A DNA stretch of 64,000 nt from Candidatus Marinacidobacterales bacterium (GTDB taxonomy: Bacteria > Acidobacteriota > Vicinamibacteria > Marinacidobacterales > SMYC01): the NCBI GenBank assembly GCA_965237955.1, contig OZ250169.1:7168001-7232000 (forward strand), written 5' to 3'. The first letter of the stretch is position 1; every line of letters begins with the position of its first letter. The notes under the pieces are model-generated. The model ran no database searches, was not told the DNA's origin, and saw only the letters and a list, made by a program, of their open reading frames with translations. The position numbers and the translations under genes were made by a program. Below, piece after piece: positions 24,422 through 35,524 of the stretch.

Positions 24422-24531
24422 CCCCTGCCGATGCCCTGCCCCTGCCCCTGCCCGTCCCGGCTCAAACTCTCCCCATCGCCGTTTCCCTCCGTTAGTTGCT
24501 AAACTGCGGGCTGACGATTTGGGAGGATTTA

Positions 24532-25767
24532 ATGACCACGGCATGGATTCTGGACGCGGCGCGCACACCCCGCGGCCGCGGCAAGAAGGACAAGGGAGCT
24601 CTGAGCGGCATTCACTCCCAAGAGCTCATCTCTCAGACATTGAACGCGCTCGCCGAGCGCACCGACATCGACAAGAAAGACGTCGAAGACGTCGTCATGG
24701 GCTGCGTCAGCCAGGCGGGTGAGCAAGGCGCCAACATCGCGCGCAATGCGCTCCTCCTCGCGGAGTGGCCGGACGAGGTCACCGGCGTCACTCTGAACCG
24801 TTTCTGCGGCTCCGGGCTTCAAGCCGTGAACTTCGCCGCAATGGGTGTCGGCTCGGGCCAACAGGACCTCGCGATTGGCGGCGGTGCCGAAAGCATGTCG
24901 CGCGCGCCCATGGGCTCGGACGGCGCGGGCGCAGACGGCAACAACGAGATTCTCCGTGAGAAAGTCTTCCAAGTGCCGCAAGGCATCAGCGCCGATCTGA
25001 TCGCGACCATCGAGCGCTTCTCCCGCGAAGACGTGGACCGTTTCGCGCTGCAGTCACAGCTGCGAGCGCAGGCGGCTCAGGAATCCGGCTATTTCTCGAA
25101 GAGCCTCGTGCCGGTGAAAGACCCGAAGACCGGCGACGTCGTGCTCGAAAAAGACGAACACCCGCGCGCGGGTACGACGCTCGAAGGCCTGGGCGAGCTC
25201 GACGCGGTGTTCACCAAGTTCGGAGGCTCCGCCGCCACCGAGGGCGGCGAGACGTGGGATCAAGTCGCGCTCCGCCGTTATCCCGACGTCGCCTCGATCA
25301 TCCACGTGCATACCGCGGGAAACGCGAGCGGGATCGTAGACGGGGCGGCCGCTGTGCTCGTCGCCTCGGACGACTACGTCAAAGCTCACGGCCTGAAGCC
25401 CCGTGCGCGCATCCGCGCGACCGCAACCTACGGCTCGGAGCCCGTCATCATGTTGACCGCACCGGCGCCGACGTCGGAGCGCGCTCTCGCGAAAGCAGGC
25501 ATGAGCGCATCGGACATCGACCTCTGGGAGATCAACGAAGCGTTCGCCGCGATACCACTGCAAACGATGAAAAAGCTCGGCATCAACGACGAGAAAGTGA
25601 ATGTCAACGGCGGGGCGATCGCACTCGGACATCCGCTCGGTGCGACCGGGGCCATGCTCCTAGGGACGGCCCTCGACGAGCTCGAGCGCCGCGATCTCAC
25701 CACCGCGCTAATCACGCTTTGTATCGGCGGCGGTATGGGGATTGCGACGATTATCGAGCGCGTCTAA
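24532..25767 (+). CDS. Acetyl-CoA C-acyltransferase (thiolase)
   Basis: [29 protein letters not shown]. Confidence 0.95.
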   Translation: MTTAWILDAARTPRGRGKKDKGALSGIHSQELISQTLNALAERTDIDKKDVEDVVMGCVSQAGEQGANIARNALLLAEWPDEVTGVTLNRFCGSGLQAVNFAAMGVGSGQQDLAIGGGAESMSRAPMGSDGAGADGNNEILREKVFQVPQGISADLIATIERFSREDVDRFALQSQLRAQAAQESGYFSKSLVPVKDPKTGDVVLEKDEHPRAGTTLEGLGELDAVFTKFGGSAATEGGETWDQVALRRYPDVASIIHVHTAGNASGIVDGAAAVLVASDDYVKAHGLKPRARIRATATYGSEPVIMLTAPAPTSERALAKAGMSASDIDLWEINEAFAAIPLQTMKKLGINDEKVNVNGGAIALGHPLGATGAMLLGTALDELERRDLTTALITLCIGGGMGIATIIERV

Positions 25768-26049
25768 ACTCAACTGGCCCAACTGGCCGAATCGCTTCGC
25801 CGCGCGCGCACGGGCCCTGGCGGCTTCTATTTCGCGATCGCGCGCCGGCGCGTTCGTGACGAGCGAGTCGATGAGCGACGTTGCGACTCGGGCCACGTCC
25901 TCGACCGCGCGCTCGAACGCCTCCTGGTTCACCTGCGACGGCTTGTTGAAGCCCGAGAGTTTGCGCACGAACTGGGCCGACGCAGCGCGGATCTCCTCTT
26001 CCGTGGCAGGTGGCTCGAAATTGAAAAGCGTCTTGATATTCCTACACAT
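25708..26049 (-). CDS. DUF2277-family protein
   Basis: [24 protein letters not shown]. Confidence 0.85.
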   Translation of the reverse strand: MCRNIKTLFNFEPPATEEEIRAASAQFVRKLSGFNKPSQVNQEAFERAVEDVARVATSLIDSLVTNAPARDREIEAARARARAAKRFGQLGQLSLDALDNRRNPHTAADTKRD

Positions 26050-26072
26050 GGTTGTCTTCCTGTTGCGAGGAG

Positions 26073-26957
26073 TTAGGCTAGGCTCCGCGTCACCCTCCGT
26101 GGCTCCGTGGTGAAGGATCCCATACGGTACATACCTACCACCGCGAACGCCAGAGCCCAACCGGCGAATACGTCCAGGGCGTAGTGGAAGCGTCCGTAGA
26201 CGGCCGCAAAAACGAGGCCGGTGTAAATCGGAAGGAGCCAGTAGAGCCACCGGGGTTGGTACTTCATCGTCACCAGGACAATCACCGTCGAGACCGAGAC
26301 ATGGGAGCTCGGAAACGCACCGCCCCGTGCACCCCCGCGCGCCGCTAAGAAGTGGACCAGCTCATAGAAGAAGTTCCCAGAGAGAGGCTCTGGTAGCGAC
26401 TCGGACAGATAGAAAGGACTGTCCACGGGAAACAAGATGTAGAACACGTAGCTCGTCGCGAACGTCACCGAGACCAGAAAGAGGAGCTCTTGGAAGGCAC
26501 GCCGCTTTCCAGTGAAGTACCAGATGCCACCGACGACGGGGAACAGACAAAGGTGCGAGAAGTAACAGAAGTGAAGGTACTCGGAGAACACCACCGAATC
26601 CAGATGCTCGCTCAGATAGTGGCTCGGGTGACCCTGGAACAAGCCCACCTCCAACCGCTGGAGCGAAGTGGTCAGCCCCCAGTTCCCGAAGGCGTTCGCG
26701 AGAAGCTCGACTTCTTTGTAGAAAATCGGAAACGCCATCGCCGGGTACCAGTCGCGGAAGAATCGCGCGATACTCGGCAACGTCGCCGGCAGGAAGGCGA
26801 GAGCATAGACCGCGCCCGCGGCTGCAAGATGCACGAGTGCCAGGCTCTTCCAGTTCGGGCAGCTCGGGAGCGATTCGCGAAAGACAACAATGAGGGCGCC
26901 CACCACGACAAGGTAGGCAAGAATGACGATATCGGTGCGCCGTGTGAATCCGCCCAA
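26073..26957 (-). CDS. PAP2-superfamily (Aur1-like) membrane phosphatase/phosphotransferase
   Basis: AFPSSH and HYALDVFAG motifs, multiple TM helices. Confidence 0.85.
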   Translation of the reverse strand: MGGFTRRTDIVILAYLVVVGALIVVFRESLPSCPNWKSLALVHLAAAGAVYALAFLPATLPSIARFFRDWYPAMAFPIFYKEVELLANAFGNWGLTTSLQRLEVGLFQGHPSHYLSEHLDSVVFSEYLHFCYFSHLCLFPVVGGIWYFTGKRRAFQELLFLVSVTFATSYVFYILFPVDSPFYLSESLPEPLSGNFFYELVHFLAARGGARGGAFPSSHVSVSTVIVLVTMKYQPRWLYWLLPIYTGLVFAAVYGRFHYALDVFAGWALAFAVVGMYRMGSFTTEPRRVTRSLA

Positions 26958-27052
26958 GGTGATATCCTTACGCCGCCTCGACGGGGGAGACGTGAACTGT
27001 TGAAAACGAAGCCCATTCTAGCACTGTTGACGGTGTTTCAATCGGAGGGATC

Positions 27053-27349
27053 GTGCACCAAGATCGAACGAAGCTGTCGGACGACGAAGTCCAGGAAGAG
27101 CTCAAAGCTCTTGCCAATTGGGAGATTGTCGAAGGAAAGTTACATCGCGAGTTCAAATTCGAAAATTTCATCGAAGCGTTCGCATTCATGACAAAACTCG
27201 CTATGGTCGCCGAGCGGCTCAACCATCATCCGGAGTGGACGAACGTCTACAACAAAGTGAGCGTGTGGCTCACGACGCATGACGTCGATGGGATTTCGCG
27301 TTTCGATTTCGACCTGGCTCAGGCGGCGAATCGCTATTACGGAGAGTAA
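27053..27349 (+). CDS. phhB: Pterin-4-alpha-carbinolamine dehydratase
   Basis: AExxNHHPEWxNVYNKV..LTTHD. Confidence 0.92.
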   Translation: MHQDRTKLSDDEVQEELKALANWEIVEGKLHREFKFENFIEAFAFMTKLAMVAERLNHHPEWTNVYNKVSVWLTTHDVDGISRFDFDLAQAANRYYGE

Positions 27350-27351
27350 CG

Positions 27352-28248
27352 ATGGCCTCACATCAAGCCGGTATCCTGGCGCCGGGCCCGAGCCTCGGCC
27401 GGTTTCTCTTCTTCCAGCTCCTCGCCGGCGACGATCCCGACACGGCGGTGAGCGCACTTTCAGAGCTCGATGACGACGAGGACCTCGTCGTTGGGCTCGG
27501 CAGCTCTATCGTCCTCGCGGCCGGTGGCAACGTCGAGGGACTCCGAGTTTTTCCGAGCCTGACCGGTCCCGGTATCGAGATCCCCTCGACCCAGACCGCC
27601 GCATTTTGTTGGCTCCGGAGCGAGAGCGACCGCGGTGAGCTCATCCACGGCTCGCTCGAGCTCGAGCAGATGCTCGAGCCTCTCGAGCTGTCCCACGTCA
27701 TCGACAGCTTCAAGCACGATCCCACGCCTTCGGGACTGGGCAGAGATCTTTCCGGATACGAAGACGGCACCGAAAATCCGGCGGGAGACGAAAGGAGCGC
27801 CGCCGCGATCGTGTCGGGACGAGGTGCCGGTCTCGACGGGTCGAGCTTCGTCGCCGTTCAGAAATGGCAGCACGATCTCGTCGGGCTCGAAGCCATGACC
27901 GAGGACGAGCGCGACAACATCATCGGTCGGCGACAAAGCGACAACGAGGAGCTCGAAGACGCCCCCGAGTCCGCTCACGTCAAGAGGACCGCTCAAGAGA
28001 GCTTCGAGCCGGAGGCGTTCGTCGTCCGGCAGTCGATGCCTTGGTCCGACCCCGACGGCGAAGGCCTCGTGTTCGTGGCCTTCGGCCACACGCTCGATGC
28101 GTACGAAGCGCAGCTCAGAAGAATGGTCGGTCTCGATGACGGGATCGTGGACGGTCTCTTTCAGTTCTCACGGCCGGTGTCGGGCGGATATTACTGGTGC
28201 CCACCGGTTGCGGACGGCAAGCTCGACCTGCAAGTGCTAACCAGTTAG
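27352..28248 (+). CDS. Dyp-type peroxidase
   Basis: GYEDGTENP, IIGR, AHVKR, SRPVSGGYYWCP. Confidence 0.92.
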   Translation: MASHQAGILAPGPSLGRFLFFQLLAGDDPDTAVSALSELDDDEDLVVGLGSSIVLAAGGNVEGLRVFPSLTGPGIEIPSTQTAAFCWLRSESDRGELIHGSLELEQMLEPLELSHVIDSFKHDPTPSGLGRDLSGYEDGTENPAGDERSAAAIVSGRGAGLDGSSFVAVQKWQHDLVGLEAMTEDERDNIIGRRQSDNEELEDAPESAHVKRTAQESFEPEAFVVRQSMPWSDPDGEGLVFVAFGHTLDAYEAQLRRMVGLDDGIVDGLFQFSRPVSGGYYWCPPVADGKLDLQVLTS

Positions 28249-28261
28249 GAGCATCGCCGTG

Positions 28262-28283
28262 GGGCTGCTCCGAAGAGCAGCCC
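28262..28283. terminator. Hairpin between convergent dyp and peroxiredoxin genes
   Basis: GGGCTGCTC-CGAA-GAGCAGCCC, a C(UUCG)G loop on the minus strand; weak U-tract. Confidence 0.55.
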
Positions 28284-28295
28284 TATTACACGGAG

Positions 28296-28916
28296 CTACT
28301 TGGTAAGAGCTTCGTGAACGTTCCCGACGAGCTCTGGGCCCGGCGTGAGGGTTTTGTCGCCATCGTCTTTCCACTGGGCAGGGCAAACCTCGGCTTGCTT
28401 GCGGGCGACATAGAGGTTCGCTTTGAACTTCCGCATGAGCTCGTCGATGTTACGGCCCACGTTGAAGAAACTGACCTCGGAGCTCAAGAGCGTGCCTTCC
28501 GGGTTGATGATGAACGTCCCCCGAAGCGCCAAACCCGCGCCCTCGACGTACACGCCGAAAAGACGCGAGACGGCGCCGTTCGGGTCGGCACCCATCTGGT
28601 ATTGCACGTTCTCGAGACTCTTTTCGTGTCGCTTCCACGCGAGGTGGACAAACTGTGTATCCGCGCTCACGGTGATGAGCTCGGCACCCAACTTCTTGAA
28701 GCGATCTTGCTGCTCTGCCAGAGCAGCGAATTCGGTCGCTCAGACGAAGGTGAAGTCCGCCGGGTAGAAGAACAAGATCGTCCACTTCCCATCAGACTTG
28801 ATTTGATCCAGGCTCACCGTCCCGAAATCGTTTTTGACCGGGTCGTAGGTCGCGAGCTCGAAATTGGGAACGCTCTGGCCAAGCTGAAGCCCGCTCCCGT
28901 TCGTCGACTCTGTCAT
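28296..28916 (-). CDS. prxU: Selenocysteine-containing AhpC-type peroxiredoxin (Sec59)
   Basis: GGAGG RBS, ATG 28916; FFYPADFTFV-TGA(28742-28740)-ATEF at the peroxidatic Cys position; hairpin just downstream. Confidence 0.9.
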
Positions 28917-29011
28917 GTAAGGTCCTCCTTTTGTAGATCCGAACCGCGAATTCTTGCGCTTTCGCTCCCTTAATGCAACCCTTGTCGATATTAGATGCGA
29001 GGAGAATCACC

Positions 29012-30415
29012 ATGACCAAAGATACGACGCGGATCGAGTCCGATTCTCTCGGACCCGTCGAAGTACCGGCAAACCGCCTCTGGGGCGCGCAAACGGAGCG
29101 CTCGCGTCAAAATTTCAGGATCTCCGGCGAGCGGATGCCGGACGAGTTGATCAGAACGCTGGCCCTCGTCAAAAAGGCCGCTTGTGAGGTCAACCGCCAG
29201 CTGGGGCTTCTCGACGCCAAAACCGCGGACGCTATCGTCTCGGCAGCGGACGAAGTCCTCGAAGGCAAGCACCCCGAGGAGTTTCCCCTGGTGGTGTGGC
29301 AGACGGGAAGCGGCACCCAGACCAACATGAACATGAACGAAGTGCTCGCGAACCGGGCGAGCGAGATCCTGGGCGGCGAGCGCGGTGAAAAGCGCCTCGT
29401 GCATCCCAACGACGACGTCAACAAGAGCCAGTCCTCGAACGACGTCATCCCGACCGCGATGCACGTCGCCGCGGTCGCGGCATTGCGTACGAGGCTCATC
29501 CCCGCCGTCACCGAGCTCGCCGCTCGGTTCGCGGCAAAGGCGCGTGAGCTCAATGACGTCGTCAAGATCGGCAGAACGCATCTGCAGGACGCGACGCCGG
29601 TGACGCTCGGCCAGGAGCTTTCGGGCTACGCCTCCCAACTCGAGCATGGCGTGGCGCACCTGGAAGCGGCCCTACCGCATCTCGAAGAGCTCGCGCTCGG
29701 CGGGACCGCCGTGGGAACAGGACTAAACGCGCCCCCGAAGTTCGCCGAGAAAGCGGCAAAGAGGATCGCCGAGCTCACGGGCTTTCCCTTCGTGACCGCA
29801 CCGAACAAGTTCGAAGCGCTCGCCGGAAAGGACGGCCTCGTGCACGCGCACGGGGCGCTCAAGACGCTTGCCGCATCGCTCACAAAGATTGCAAACGACA
29901 TCCGCTGGCTCGCGTCGGGTCCGCGAAGCGGTATCGGGGAGATCACGATCCCGGCGAACGAGCCGGGAAGCTCGATCATGCCCGGGAAAGTCAACCCGAC
30001 ACAGTCGGAGGCGATGACGATGCTGTGCGCTCAAGTCTTCGGAAACGATGTCACCATTAATATCAGCGGTGCGTCCGGCAACTTCGAGCTCAACGTGTTC
30101 AAGCCTGTGATGATTTACAATTTCCTCCAAAGCGCTCGCCTTCTCGCCGACGGCTGCGACAGCTTTCGCGAAAAACTCGTCGTCGGTATCGAGCCAAACG
30201 CCGACCGCATCCTAGAAAACGTGGAACGATCGCTGATGCTGGTCACCGCTCTGAACCCTCATATCGGCTACGACAACGCGGCGAAGATCGCGAAGAAAGC
30301 GCATGCAGAGAACACGACGCTGCGCGAGGCTGCGATCGCTCTCGAGCTCGTCACCGGCAAGCAATTCGACGAATGGGTTCGTCCCGAGAAGATGGTGGGA
30401 AAGGAGACGAAGTGA
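29012..30415 (+). CDS. fumC: Class II fumarate hydratase
   Basis: [33 protein letters not shown]. Confidence 0.97.
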   Translation: MTKDTTRIESDSLGPVEVPANRLWGAQTERSRQNFRISGERMPDELIRTLALVKKAACEVNRQLGLLDAKTADAIVSAADEVLEGKHPEEFPLVVWQTGSGTQTNMNMNEVLANRASEILGGERGEKRLVHPNDDVNKSQSSNDVIPTAMHVAAVAALRTRLIPAVTELAARFAAKARELNDVVKIGRTHLQDATPVTLGQELSGYASQLEHGVAHLEAALPHLEELALGGTAVGTGLNAPPKFAEKAAKRIAELTGFPFVTAPNKFEALAGKDGLVHAHGALKTLAASLTKIANDIRWLASGPRSGIGEITIPANEPGSSIMPGKVNPTQSEAMTMLCAQVFGNDVTINISGASGNFELNVFKPVMIYNFLQSARLLADGCDSFREKLVVGIEPNADRILENVERSLMLVTALNPHIGYDNAAKIAKKAHAENTTLREAAIALELVTGKQFDEWVRPEKMVGKETK

Positions 30416-31323
30416 TGCAGATCGGGATGATCGGTCTCGGCAAGATGGGCGCCAACATGACGACGCGTCTCGTGAACGGCGGGCATCATATCGTCGTCAC
30501 CGACCGGAAACCCGAAGCAGTCGAAGCTGCTGCGGCTGGCGGCGCCGTCCCGGCGAAATCCCTGGACGATCTCGCCGAGAGTCTCGACGCACCGCGGGTG
30601 ATCTGGGTCATGGTGCCTTCGGGCGCTCCGACCGAGAGCGTCCTTGACGCGCTCTCCCAACGCCTGGATGACGACGATCTCGTCGTCGACGGTGGCAACA
30701 GCAACTACAAGGAGACCTTGCGACGCGGCGAGCTCTTGAAAGAGAAAGGAATCAACTTCGTCGACGTCGGTACGAGCGGCGGAGTCTGGGGCCTCACCGA
30801 GGGCTACGCCATGATGGTGGGTGGCGACGAGCGTGCGGTCGAAAGACTACGACCCGTGCTCGAAACCCTCGCGCCCGCGCCGGACCGTGGATGGGGCCAC
30901 GTCGGCCCGAGCGGCGCCGGCCACTTCGTGAAGATGATCCATAACGGCATCGAGTACGGCATGATGCAGGCCTATGCCGAAGGGTTCGAAGTGATGAAGC
31001 AAAAGGAAGAGCTCGAGCTAGATGTTCATCAAATCGCCGAGATTTGGCGCCACGGGAGCGTGGTGCGCTCGTGGCTGCTCGACTTGACCGCGCGCGCCCT
31101 CGAAGAGGATCAGGACCTGACCGATATCAAAGGGTGGGTCGCCGACAGTGGCGAGGGCCGGTGGACGGTCGCGGAGGCGATCGACCTCGACGTGCCTGCT
31201 CCGGTGATCACGATGTCGCTCCTCATGCGCTTCGTCAGCCGTCAGGACGACAGCTACGCCGCGAAGCTTTTGGCAGCGATGCGCAACCAGTTCGGCGGCC
31301 ACGCGATCCAAAAGCATGACTAG
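30415..31323 (+). CDS. gnd: 6-phosphogluconate dehydrogenase, short type
   Basis: [29 protein letters not shown]. Confidence 0.95.
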   Translation: MQIGMIGLGKMGANMTTRLVNGGHHIVVTDRKPEAVEAAAAGGAVPAKSLDDLAESLDAPRVIWVMVPSGAPTESVLDALSQRLDDDDLVVDGGNSNYKETLRRGELLKEKGINFVDVGTSGGVWGLTEGYAMMVGGDERAVERLRPVLETLAPAPDRGWGHVGPSGAGHFVKMIHNGIEYGMMQAYAEGFEVMKQKEELELDVHQIAEIWRHGSVVRSWLLDLTARALEEDQDLTDIKGWVADSGEGRWTVAEAIDLDVPAPVITMSLLMRFVSRQDDSYAAKLLAAMRNQFGGHAIQKHD

Positions 31324-32734
31324 CACTTGCATTGTCATCTTCGGCGCGTCCGGAGATCTCACCAAGCGCAAGCTCATCCCCGCGCTCTCGCGCTTACATC
31401 AAAAAGGACGCCTCGATGGAGATGTTCGTATTGTCGGGTTCGCGCGCCGCTCCTACACCGACGACGCTTTCCGGGCGCTCTTCGCAGACAGCATCGACGA
31501 CGAGCTCGCCCGCCGTCTCTTCTACGTTCGCGGCGATCTGGGAGACGCCGAAGACTACGCGACTCTGGACGCCCGTCTTTCCGAGCTCGAGAACGGAGCC
31601 GCGGACCGCCTCTACTACTTCTCCGTCGCCCCGCGGTTCAACGAACCGATGGTCGCGCACCTCGGTGCCGCCGGCATGGTGGCCGAGACCGGAGGCTATC
31701 GCCGCGCTGTCATCGAAAAGCCCTTCGGGCGTGATCTCGAATCCGCAAGATCGCTCAACAACGCGGTTCAAGCCGTGTTCGATGAAAGCCAGGTGTATCG
31801 CATCGATCACTATCTAGGGAAGGAAACCTCCCAGAACATCTTGTTCTTCCGTTTCGGGAATACGGTATTCGAGCCTCTGTGGAATCGAAACTTCATCGAC
31901 CACGTTCAGATCACCGTCGCCGAGTCTGTCGACGTCGGTCATCGAGCCGGGTTCTACGACACGACCGGTGTGCTTCGCGACATGTTCCAGAACCACCTGC
32001 TGCAGCTTCTGACTCTCATCGCGATGGAGCCACCCGCGTCGTTCGACGCCGACGAAGTGCGCAACGAGAAAGTGAAACTGCTCTCCGCGGTACGAGCCGT
32101 GACGTCGGAGCGCGTCGCAGTGGATACGGTCCGCGGTCAATACCGCGGTTACACCGAAGCGGAGGGCGTCGACGATGCATCGCAAACGGCCACCTTCGGT
32201 GCGGTCAAGCTCTTCATCGACAACTGGCGCTGGCAGGGCGTCCCGTTCTACTTGCGCTCCGGTAAGGCGATGAGCGAGAAAGTCTCCGAGATTCTGATCC
32301 AGTTTCGACGTCCCCCGTACATCATGTTCCCTCTCGCACCGGGCGCACGGCTTGCCAACAACTACCTCGCCATCTGCGTGCAACCGGATGAAGGCATGCA
32401 TCTTCGCTTCGAAACAAAAGTGCCGGATACGCTGTCGGAGCTTCGATCCGTCGACATGGAGTTTCACTACGCCGACGACTTCGACAGCATCGCGATCCCG
32501 GACGCCTACGAGCGATTACTGCTCGACGCGCTCCAGGGAGACGCGTCCTTGTTTTTGAGACGCGATGGCATCGAGCGCTCCTGGGAGATCATGGACCCGA
32601 TCATTCGAGGCTGGGACAGCGACGACGCTCTCCCACTCGAGATCTACGAACGCGGCAGCTGGGGCCCGGGCGCATCGGGAAAGCTGCTGGCGGCAGACGG
32701 TCGTGAGTGGCAACGCGGCTGCGGAATCCATTGA
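31316..32734 (+). CDS. zwf: Glucose-6-phosphate dehydrogenase
   Basis: [20 protein letters not shown]. Confidence 0.96.
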   Translation: MTSTCIVIFGASGDLTKRKLIPALSRLHQKGRLDGDVRIVGFARRSYTDDAFRALFADSIDDELARRLFYVRGDLGDAEDYATLDARLSELENGAADRLYYFSVAPRFNEPMVAHLGAAGMVAETGGYRRAVIEKPFGRDLESARSLNNAVQAVFDESQVYRIDHYLGKETSQNILFFRFGNTVFEPLWNRNFIDHVQITVAESVDVGHRAGFYDTTGVLRDMFQNHLLQLLTLIAMEPPASFDADEVRNEKVKLLSAVRAVTSERVAVDTVRGQYRGYTEAEGVDDASQTATFGAVKLFIDNWRWQGVPFYLRSGKAMSEKVSEILIQFRRPPYIMFPLAPGARLANNYLAICVQPDEGMHLRFETKVPDTLSELRSVDMEFHYADDFDSIAIPDAYERLLLDALQGDASLFLRRDGIERSWEIMDPIIRGWDSDDALPLEIYERGSWGPGASGKLLAADGREWQRGCGIH

Positions 32735-33432
32735 ACGTCTTCTCCGATCGAGACGCGATGAGCTTCGCCGTGGCCCGAGCCTTCGTCGACACGGCGAAAG
32801 CCTCGGAGCGCTTCGCGGTCGCGTTGATGGGCGGTAGCACCCCAGTGTCTTTCTATCGACACCTGGCCACCAACTTCGCCGACCAGGTTCCGTGGACGCG
32901 TGTTCACATTTTTTGGTCGGACGAACGCTACGTGGCGCCTGACCATCCGGACAGCAACGTCGGGATGGCGCGGAAAACGTTCATCGACGCCGTGCCGATT
33001 CCCAAAGAGAATGTGCATGCCCCGAGAACGGATCTGGCGGATCCCGACGACGCGGCGCGGCTCTACGAGGAAGACCTCCGCAGTCTCCTCGGGCACGAAC
33101 CTCGTTTCGATTGGATGCTCCTCGGCCTCGGCGAAGACGGCCACGTCGCGTCGTTGTTCCCGGGCGGGGGAGCGGTCGAGGAACGTGATCGCCTCGTCGT
33201 CGCCGTACGCGATAGCCCAAAACCACCACCGGTCCGCCTCACCGTGACACCGCCTCTCATCAATCTTTCTCGAGAAATTCACATGCTCGTCGCCGGTGCA
33301 TCCAAGCGACACGCGCTTGAGAAATTCGCGGGAAAACAGTCAACGACGTGGCTACGCCCTCCGACCCTTTGGGTTGACCGCGCCGCTTCGATTGGAGATG
33401 ATCCGCGCCGCGCCGAGACCATAAATCAGTAG
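32707..33432 (+). CDS. pgl: 6-phosphogluconolactonase
   Basis: [24 protein letters not shown]. Confidence 0.92.
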   Translation: MATRLRNPLNVFSDRDAMSFAVARAFVDTAKASERFAVALMGGSTPVSFYRHLATNFADQVPWTRVHIFWSDERYVAPDHPDSNVGMARKTFIDAVPIPKENVHAPRTDLADPDDAARLYEEDLRSLLGHEPRFDWMLLGLGEDGHVASLFPGGGAVEERDRLVVAVRDSPKPPPVRLTVTPPLINLSREIHMLVAGASKRHALEKFAGKQSTTWLRPPTLWVDRAASIGDDPRRAETINQ

Positions 33433-33439
33433 GAGCGGG

Positions 33440-34063
33440 ATGAAGAAGACCATCGCCATTAGTGCACTCGCGCTTGCGTTCGCCGCAGGCACCTACGCCC
33501 AACAGGGGCACAAAGAGACAGACCGCCTCATCAAGAGAGCGGAAAACATGAAAAAGGACCTCGAAACCGCTACGGCCCAGGTTCACAAAACGCTGGACTA
33601 CTACAACACCATTATGAAAGGTGGCTCCGGCGACACGCGCAAGCTGTACAAAGACCTCACGAAAGCCATCGAGAACACCGAGAAGCGAGCCGCAAACGTG
33701 ACGAAGCGCGTCGAGGAAATGGAAGCCGAAGCCCACTCGTTCTTCGGCGAGTGGACCCAGAGCTTGCAGGGAATCACGAGCGAGGATTTGAAGAAGCGCA
33801 GCCAGGACCGGCTCAACAAGACACGCGTCCACTTCAGCGAGATTCTTGCGGCCGGCCGCCGCGCGGGTGCGGTGTTCAATCCGTTCATGGGCGCGCTCAA
33901 GGACCAGGTGGTTTACCTCGGCTACGACTTGAACGCGAGCGCGGTCGCGAGCCTCTCGGAGGACGCGAAAAAACTCAACGCAGAGGCCGACAAGCTGTTC
34001 GCGAGCATCGACGACGTCCAGAACGTCGCGGGCGAGTACGTTCTTTCGCTGAAGCCCGAGTAA
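33440..34063 (+). CDS. Secreted helical protein (DUF2959-like)
   Basis: AGGAG RBS, signal peptide, FxEW and LxxDLNA patterns. Confidence 0.7.
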   Translation: MKKTIAISALALAFAAGTYAQQGHKETDRLIKRAENMKKDLETATAQVHKTLDYYNTIMKGGSGDTRKLYKDLTKAIENTEKRAANVTKRVEEMEAEAHSFFGEWTQSLQGITSEDLKKRSQDRLNKTRVHFSEILAAGRRAGAVFNPFMGALKDQVVYLGYDLNASAVASLSEDAKKLNAEADKLFASIDDVQNVAGEYVLSLKPE

Positions 34064-34071
34064 GATTCTCT

Positions 34072-35524
34072 CTAGGGGTTGTCGGACGCCGCAGGGATAC
34101 GGGCGGCGTCCACATCCCATCCGCCACCGAGGGAGCGGTACAGCACGACCAAGTTCTGCACCGCCAAGCCTTCGCTTTCCGCAAGCTGGTCCTGGAACCG
34201 AAATAGAGAACGCTGGCTGTCGAGCACGTTCTGGAAGTTGGTCAGACCGGCGAGGTATTGGGTGCGCACCAGGTCGACCGAACGCTGAGCGGCGTCGGCG
34301 GCTTCTCTCAGACGCTCGCGGCGCTCCTGCTCCTTGACGTAGGCAATCATCGAATTTTCGACGTCTTCGATCGCGATGAGCACCGTTTGCTCGTAAGCGA
34401 GAAACGCCTGCTGAGTGCGGGCCTCCTCGACACGGACGCGGCTATGAATCCGTCCGCGGTCGAACAGGTTCCAATTGAAGCCGGGGATGATGCTCCATGC
34501 GGTGCCTGTGCTTTCGTTTCCGATATTTCCCCAATTGAACGTAAAAAAACCACGCAGGGAGAAGCTCGGGTAGAGATCGGCCGTCGCTACTCCGATAAGA
34601 GCCGTCTGAGACGCAAGGGAGCGCTCGGCGGCGCGAATGTCGGGGCGCTGCCGCATCACGTTCGCCGGGATACCAACGGCTATGGAGGCTGGTGGCGTTG
34701 GGACCTCGCTTTCTAGTGAAAGCTCTTCGTGGAGCGCGCCCGGCGTCACCGCGAGAAGCACAGCCAGCCGGTTGAGGGCAAAGTTCAGATTTTGTTCGAG
34801 TCGCGGGATCGTCGATTCGGTATCGCCGAGATTCGACTCTGCTTGGGCCACGTCGAGCGCCGAGGTGAGTCCGGCATCGAAGCGATCGCGCGTGAGCTGC
34901 AGACTTTCTCGCTGCGATTCGACGTTTGCGCGTGCAAACTCGATACGCTTCTGAAACGCCCGGACATCCACGTACGCGAGTGCGACTTCGGCGAGAAGCG
35001 ACACGAGCACGTCTCGATAGTCTTCGATGGTCGCCTCGTAGCCGGCTTCAGCGGATTCGATGTTGCGAGCGAACTTGCCGAAAATATCCATCTCCCACGC
35101 CGCATCGACGCCGATGGACAAAAGAGCGTTGGTATCGGTGGCTCCAGGAAGCGCAATCGGGAGCGCCGCTTTGCTCTGTTGACCGAGGTTGACATCACCG
35201 ACGGCGTTCACGACCGGCATACGTTCCCCGCGTGCGACGCCGACGAACCCGCGCGCTTCGCTAATGCGTGCGACCGCCTGTCGCAGATTCAAAGTTCTCC
35301 AGCTGGGCACGCTGGAGGAGCTCCTCGAGCTTGCGATCGTTGAACACGGTCCACCACGTCTGGAGGTCCGACTCGCCCGCGTCGAGGCCGTTAACGGCTG
35401 CCGTACGCCACTGGTCCGGGAGCGGCTGCTCGTTCGGAAGTGGCGCCGGCTGCTCGTAGTCCGGCCCCACTTTGCACGCGGACGCGAAAGCGGCCGCGAC
35501 GAAGAGAACCTTGAGAGTCTTCAT
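34072..35524 (-). CDS. RND outer-membrane efflux lipoprotein (OprM/NodT type), frameshift near 35292
   Basis: ACKVGPDY lipobox, [24 protein letters not shown]. Confidence 0.85.

Noticed and set aside
24422-24458. CCCTGC tandem run after the OCD gene
   Set aside because: Short low-complexity repeat with no further structure.
27352-28248. Dyp as encapsulin cargo
   Set aside because: No GSLxIG-like C-terminal targeting peptide and no adjacent encapsulin gene.
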